From IMG/VR virus record IMGVR_UViG_3300049982_000337, positions 1 through 64,000 of that record: a stretch of 64,000 nucleotides of DNA; one strand, written 5' to 3'. The notes beneath the pieces are model-generated. The model had not been told where the DNA came from and did no database searches. It saw nothing but the letters and a program-made list of their open reading frames with translations. How positions within the stretch are numbered: position 1 is the stretch's first letter; each line of letters begins with the position of its first letter. The position numbers and the translations under genes were made by a program. Origin of the DNA: a virus (taxonomy: Duplodnaviria > Caudoviricetes). Shown piece by piece: positions 62,001-64,000 of the stretch.

Positions 62001-63289
62001 CGCACAACGCCAAGGCGTCGCCTAACCAGCACGACAACTCCGGCGGAGGCGTGATCTATCTGATGGAGACGACGCCAGGCGGCGGGGCCGACCACGCGGG
62101 TATGGGCTTGGGAACCATGGGCACGTCCTCCGCTGGTTCCGTGACCTTCCTCGACATCCGGCCTGATCCTGATGCTACGGGCGTTGTGCGGGTCGTAACG
62201 GGAGCCCAGAAGAACCCCGGAGCCAATGCCAAATTCCACGGCATCAGGTTCATGAACGCAGTCGTCGCAGGCAACTCCAACGACCTGATCATGCTCAATG
62301 CTTTGGGCAACACGACGAACTTCATCAGCCTCTGGCTGGACGGTTGCTCCTATGCACCGTCCAGCACAGCAAGCGTCACCTCGTTCGCTCAGGCCGGCAT
62401 GACGAGTATCACCAACTGCGAGTTCAACACCGTCAGCCGGTTGTTCGCGCCGACAGGGAACGTGAAGTCGCAATACACGCTGATCGGCGGCAACAAGGTC
62501 TACGGCAGCACTTCCGCAACGCCGTTCACGATGCTCGGGAACATCTTCTACGACGGCTGCGGCGTCTCTGACACGAGCGCAGCCACCGTCCTAGATGCCA
62601 ACGATGGCAAGGTCATCGTGGCCAACAGCTTCTTCAAGCAAGGCAGCGCCATCGCCTTCGGCAGCGCGCGCGTGCACACAACCGGCGCGGGCATCGCTCA
62701 GAACCTGATCGAGTATCTGACCGGACTAAATCAGGCTGAGAACTACTCGGCCGACAGTTGCAGCAACAACGTCGATAATGTCGTGGATGCCTTCAACACC
62801 GCAGTCGGAGCCCGCTCGAATAAATTCTATTCGGCTTCCGGCGTGACGGCTGGAACGAGGAAGCGCGGCATCTCGCGCTTCAATCTGATGTGGCACCTCA
62901 ACATCAAGAGCGACGCGTTCGCGACTGAGAACGAAGGCGCGGCGAGCGGCGCCGACAGGACCGGCAACTGGGAATATCGACACGCCGTCGACAACTTCGG
63001 AAACGTGAATACCGACGGCGATGACAACGGCGGTCTCGGCCCGAACTATGCCTCATGGGACGGCGAGCAACTGGGCCGGGGCGGCGCGACGGGCCAATTT
63101 GGCGTCACGTTCGCTGATCCGCAGGACCTGTCGGTCGCAGGCGTCGGTGGCGGCGACTACCACCTGACCGGCGGATCGAACCCGGCCTATGACCGCGTCC
63201 CAGCCGGCATGGCGATGTTCCCATTCGGCCTCGACGGCGCGCCCTGGCTTAACGATGGGTCCGACCCCTGCGGCTGTTATCCGAGGTAA
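59051..63289 (+). CDS. Large tail spike / receptor-binding protein: discoidin-like domain, three Ig-like repeats, beta-helix-like C-terminus
   Basis: WRAFDG....W......WLQIRFP...F.LQGSVDG.NFT.LD; 3x P.AF.F.D...A.ST...SN.ITV repeats; N/G/S-rich C-terminus. Confidence 0.75.
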   Translation: MFGAMGMLVGGGAPKIQYTASGVIAPSVGNTSLTLPDGVRVDDVLIAFNPFDDRSTTPEIAMIQKGWMTLGRFNWMYDSSLVMWRAVKDPLERPSFRLSQYGWTWVIYRNALSVIDVVNAYQSPMGADFIDIAWPAKGQGVRGLVALMADRDPEAALVDNAAYKVRHRSSTGAFATTIADRLEVPAGEHTDRFATFFAYYGQAARGLELRGRSAVPYDVTTPPAMDFYSTAAGYQALASTETGLGNGAPWRAFDGSTGTWMTATDVAWLQIRFPTERKVLTYKIKVQAANFGPTTFSLQGSVDGRNFTTLDVQISEPTWTAHEEREYTIAVPAPFFYLRLDVTDNSAFPVAGSEMALQIEELSFTYDDGTTIPFPVDIQPAAFSFTDVSGAAVSTPYTSNSITVSEIEAPSPITVSGGEYSINGGPFTSDAGTVVNLDTVRARGTSSASFAEGVGVTVSIGGMSDTFTITTAAAEDAPDAFSFTDVTGAALSTDYESNTITVEGITTSVAVTITGGEYSKNGAAYTSAAGTAASGDTFKVKGMSSGSFSTALNIALTIGGVSDTYSVTTGASDTAPSAFTFVDKTLAALSTSYESNEITVAGINAPATMTITGGQYRKNGGAWASTSTTVVADDVVQVRGTSSASNATDVDVVLTIGGVSDTYSITTISASVVAKDAQSVTIRDSAPLNSVDGNGWVADVNFKGMVVGGTGDVSGAKALTIEVDSPGYDATGASTTVSRTIYGTIPLRKPTPDHTEHAQETSGSDAVISFALDSRIYGSCSVTSASIGAGAYVQGANSSNAVSVIATLLNSSSLGYPLAVCAWAQPHRMRATGSTFHVEYAVTHPFGMNLRMAACVEFRVETLAGVDQGISVKVDEMTASTYLTGGNPVPVFAADIDLTGLSQGVEYKVRAKTYPWIGNVVHDTGLLPDPLTVATLTSLHFLCDKAGTYGSSAWVKVGAVGGMVGSNATPYSTIAAAAAALRVAHNAKASPNQHDNSGGGVIYLMETTPGGGADHAGMGLGTMGTSSAGSVTFLDIRPDPDATGVVRVVTGAQKNPGANAKFHGIRFMNAVVAGNSNDLIMLNALGNTTNFISLWLDGCSYAPSSTASVTSFAQAGMTSITNCEFNTVSRLFAPTGNVKSQYTLIGGNKVYGSTSATPFTMLGNIFYDGCGVSDTSAATVLDANDGKVIVANSFFKQGSAIAFGSARVHTTGAGIAQNLIEYLTGLNQAENYSADSCSNNVDNVVDAFNTAVGARSNKFYSASGVTAGTRKRGISRFNLMWHLNIKSDAFATENEGAASGADRTGNWEYRHAVDNFGNVNTDGDDNGGLGPNYASWDGEQLGRGGATGQFGVTFADPQDLSVAGVGGGDYHLTGGSNPAYDRVPAGMAMFPFGLDGAPWLNDGSDPCGCYPR
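60170..61050 (+). repeat. Three ~97-aa tandem Ig/cadherin-like repeats inside the tail protein
   Basis: PAAFSFTDVSGAAVSTPYTSNSITV / PDAFSFTDVTGAALSTDYESNTITV / PSAFTFVDKTLAALSTSYESNEITV, each ending IGG(M/V)SDT(F/Y).(I/V)TT. Confidence 0.8.
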
Positions 63290-63358
63290 CCGCCTCACGG
63301 CGACGCGCTGCGACCTGATCGCAACCTGGCGATTACCGCCTTCTCAAGGAATACCCTC

Positions 63359-64000
63359 ATGAAACTGCTCAAGATGGCGGCCGCCTGGTCGCTCGCGCTC
63401 TCCTGCCTGGTCGGATCGCCGGCCGCGGCTCAAACCGGCGCCCCGCTGACACCTTCCAGCACCGCCCGGGAACTTGCCGGCGCCGTGATCGCCGCTCCGG
63501 ATCTCTTGGTGGCCAAGGCCTATGCGGGCCAGGTACTCGGCCCGCAGGTCAATTCGGCGTCCGGCCTCGTCGCCACGCTGAAGACGGCGCAGGGCGGGGA
63601 CCGCGTCCGGCTTGCGCCGGGCCCCTATGGCGGGGTGTCGCTGGCCGGCTTCACCTTCTCGCCGCCCGTGACCTTGGAGGCCGCAGGGGCGGTGTTCACG
63701 GCGCTGAAGCTGGATCGGGTGGACGGCCTGGTCATGGAGGGTGGAACGGTCGCTCTCGACCCGGCCAGCAGCGCATCGTCCGCCTCGGTCACCGACAGCG
63801 CCAACGTCGCCATCCGCGGGCTCGAGGTCTACGGCAAGGCGGTCTCCGGCCTGACGATCACGCGAGGGACGAAGGTCGAGGTCAGCGGCGGGTACTTCCA
63901 TGACCTGCGCAACGCCGTGCTGATCACTGCCGGCGAGAACGTGCTGGTGACCAAGAACAAGGTCCGCCGGATGCTGTCGGACGGGATGGTCGGCTCAGGC
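63359..64000 (+). CDS. Signal-peptide-bearing right-handed parallel beta-helix protein (pectate-lyase-like), 3' truncated
   Basis: AAGGA RBS, ATG 63359; MKLLKMAAAWSLALSCLVGSPAAA-Q; TAQGGDRVRLAPGPY; no stop before the window end. Confidence 0.7.
   Translation, partial: MKLLKMAAAWSLALSCLVGSPAAAQTGAPLTPSSTARELAGAVIAAPDLLVAKAYAGQVLGPQVNSASGLVATLKTAQGGDRVRLAPGPYGGVSLAGFTFSPPVTLEAAGAVFTALKLDRVDGLVMEGGTVALDPASSASSASVTDSANVAIRGLEVYGKAVSGLTITRGTKVEVSGGYFHDLRNAVLITAGENVLVTKNKVRRMLSDGMVGSG

Larger units (their letters stand above)
1..64000. mobile_element. Temperate lambdoid-type siphophage/prophage (integrase to tail); both ends extend beyond the window
   Basis: Ordered modules: integrase/xis, recombination, CI/Cro switch, DnaB plus initiator, TerS/TerL, portal, MuF, scaffold, capsid, neck, tail tube, chaperone, tape measure, tail fibres; many ATGA/TGATG overlaps. 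Confidence 0.97.

Noticed and set aside
59051-63289. Diversity-generating retroelement acting on the tail protein
   Set aside because: No reverse transcriptase and no TR/VR pair differing at adenines seen in the window

Overview
The whole window is a GC-rich lambdoid-type temperate siphophage (prophage) of an alphaproteobacterium, probably Caulobacteraceae-like given its SciP, GcrA and GapR-like genes. It runs from the integrase stop codon (nt 1) through an early-left operon (minus strand, 1-16.4 kb), an immunity switch with five TACG-N6-CGTA operators (16.4-17.75 kb), an early-right operon for DNA modification and replication (17.7-32.3 kb), morons with a putative late promoter/terminator (32.4-35.4 kb), packaging and head genes (35.5-46.5 kb) and tail genes (46.5-64 kb, last ORF truncated). 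No lysis cassette, att site, tRNA or CRISPR array was found. Highlights: (1) a MuF head protein fused to an R-S-E ADP-ribosyltransferase, followed by a small candidate immunity gene; (2) a mitochondrial Bcs1-like membrane AAA+ ATPase inside the head-neck module; (3) a ~150-nt structured RNA plus five GGAU-tetraloop hairpins in the scaffold and capsid leaders, one with a mutually exclusive alternative helix; (4) a set of host cell-cycle regulator homologues (SciP, GcrA, a second GcrA C-domain, GapR-like); (5) a TGT/DpdA-like protein among four DNA methyltransferases; (6) antisense membrane-protein morons covered by long 'bridge' ORFs that are translationally coupled (ATGA) to the neighbouring operon genes. 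All family assignments come from motif recognition by eye; no database search was run.
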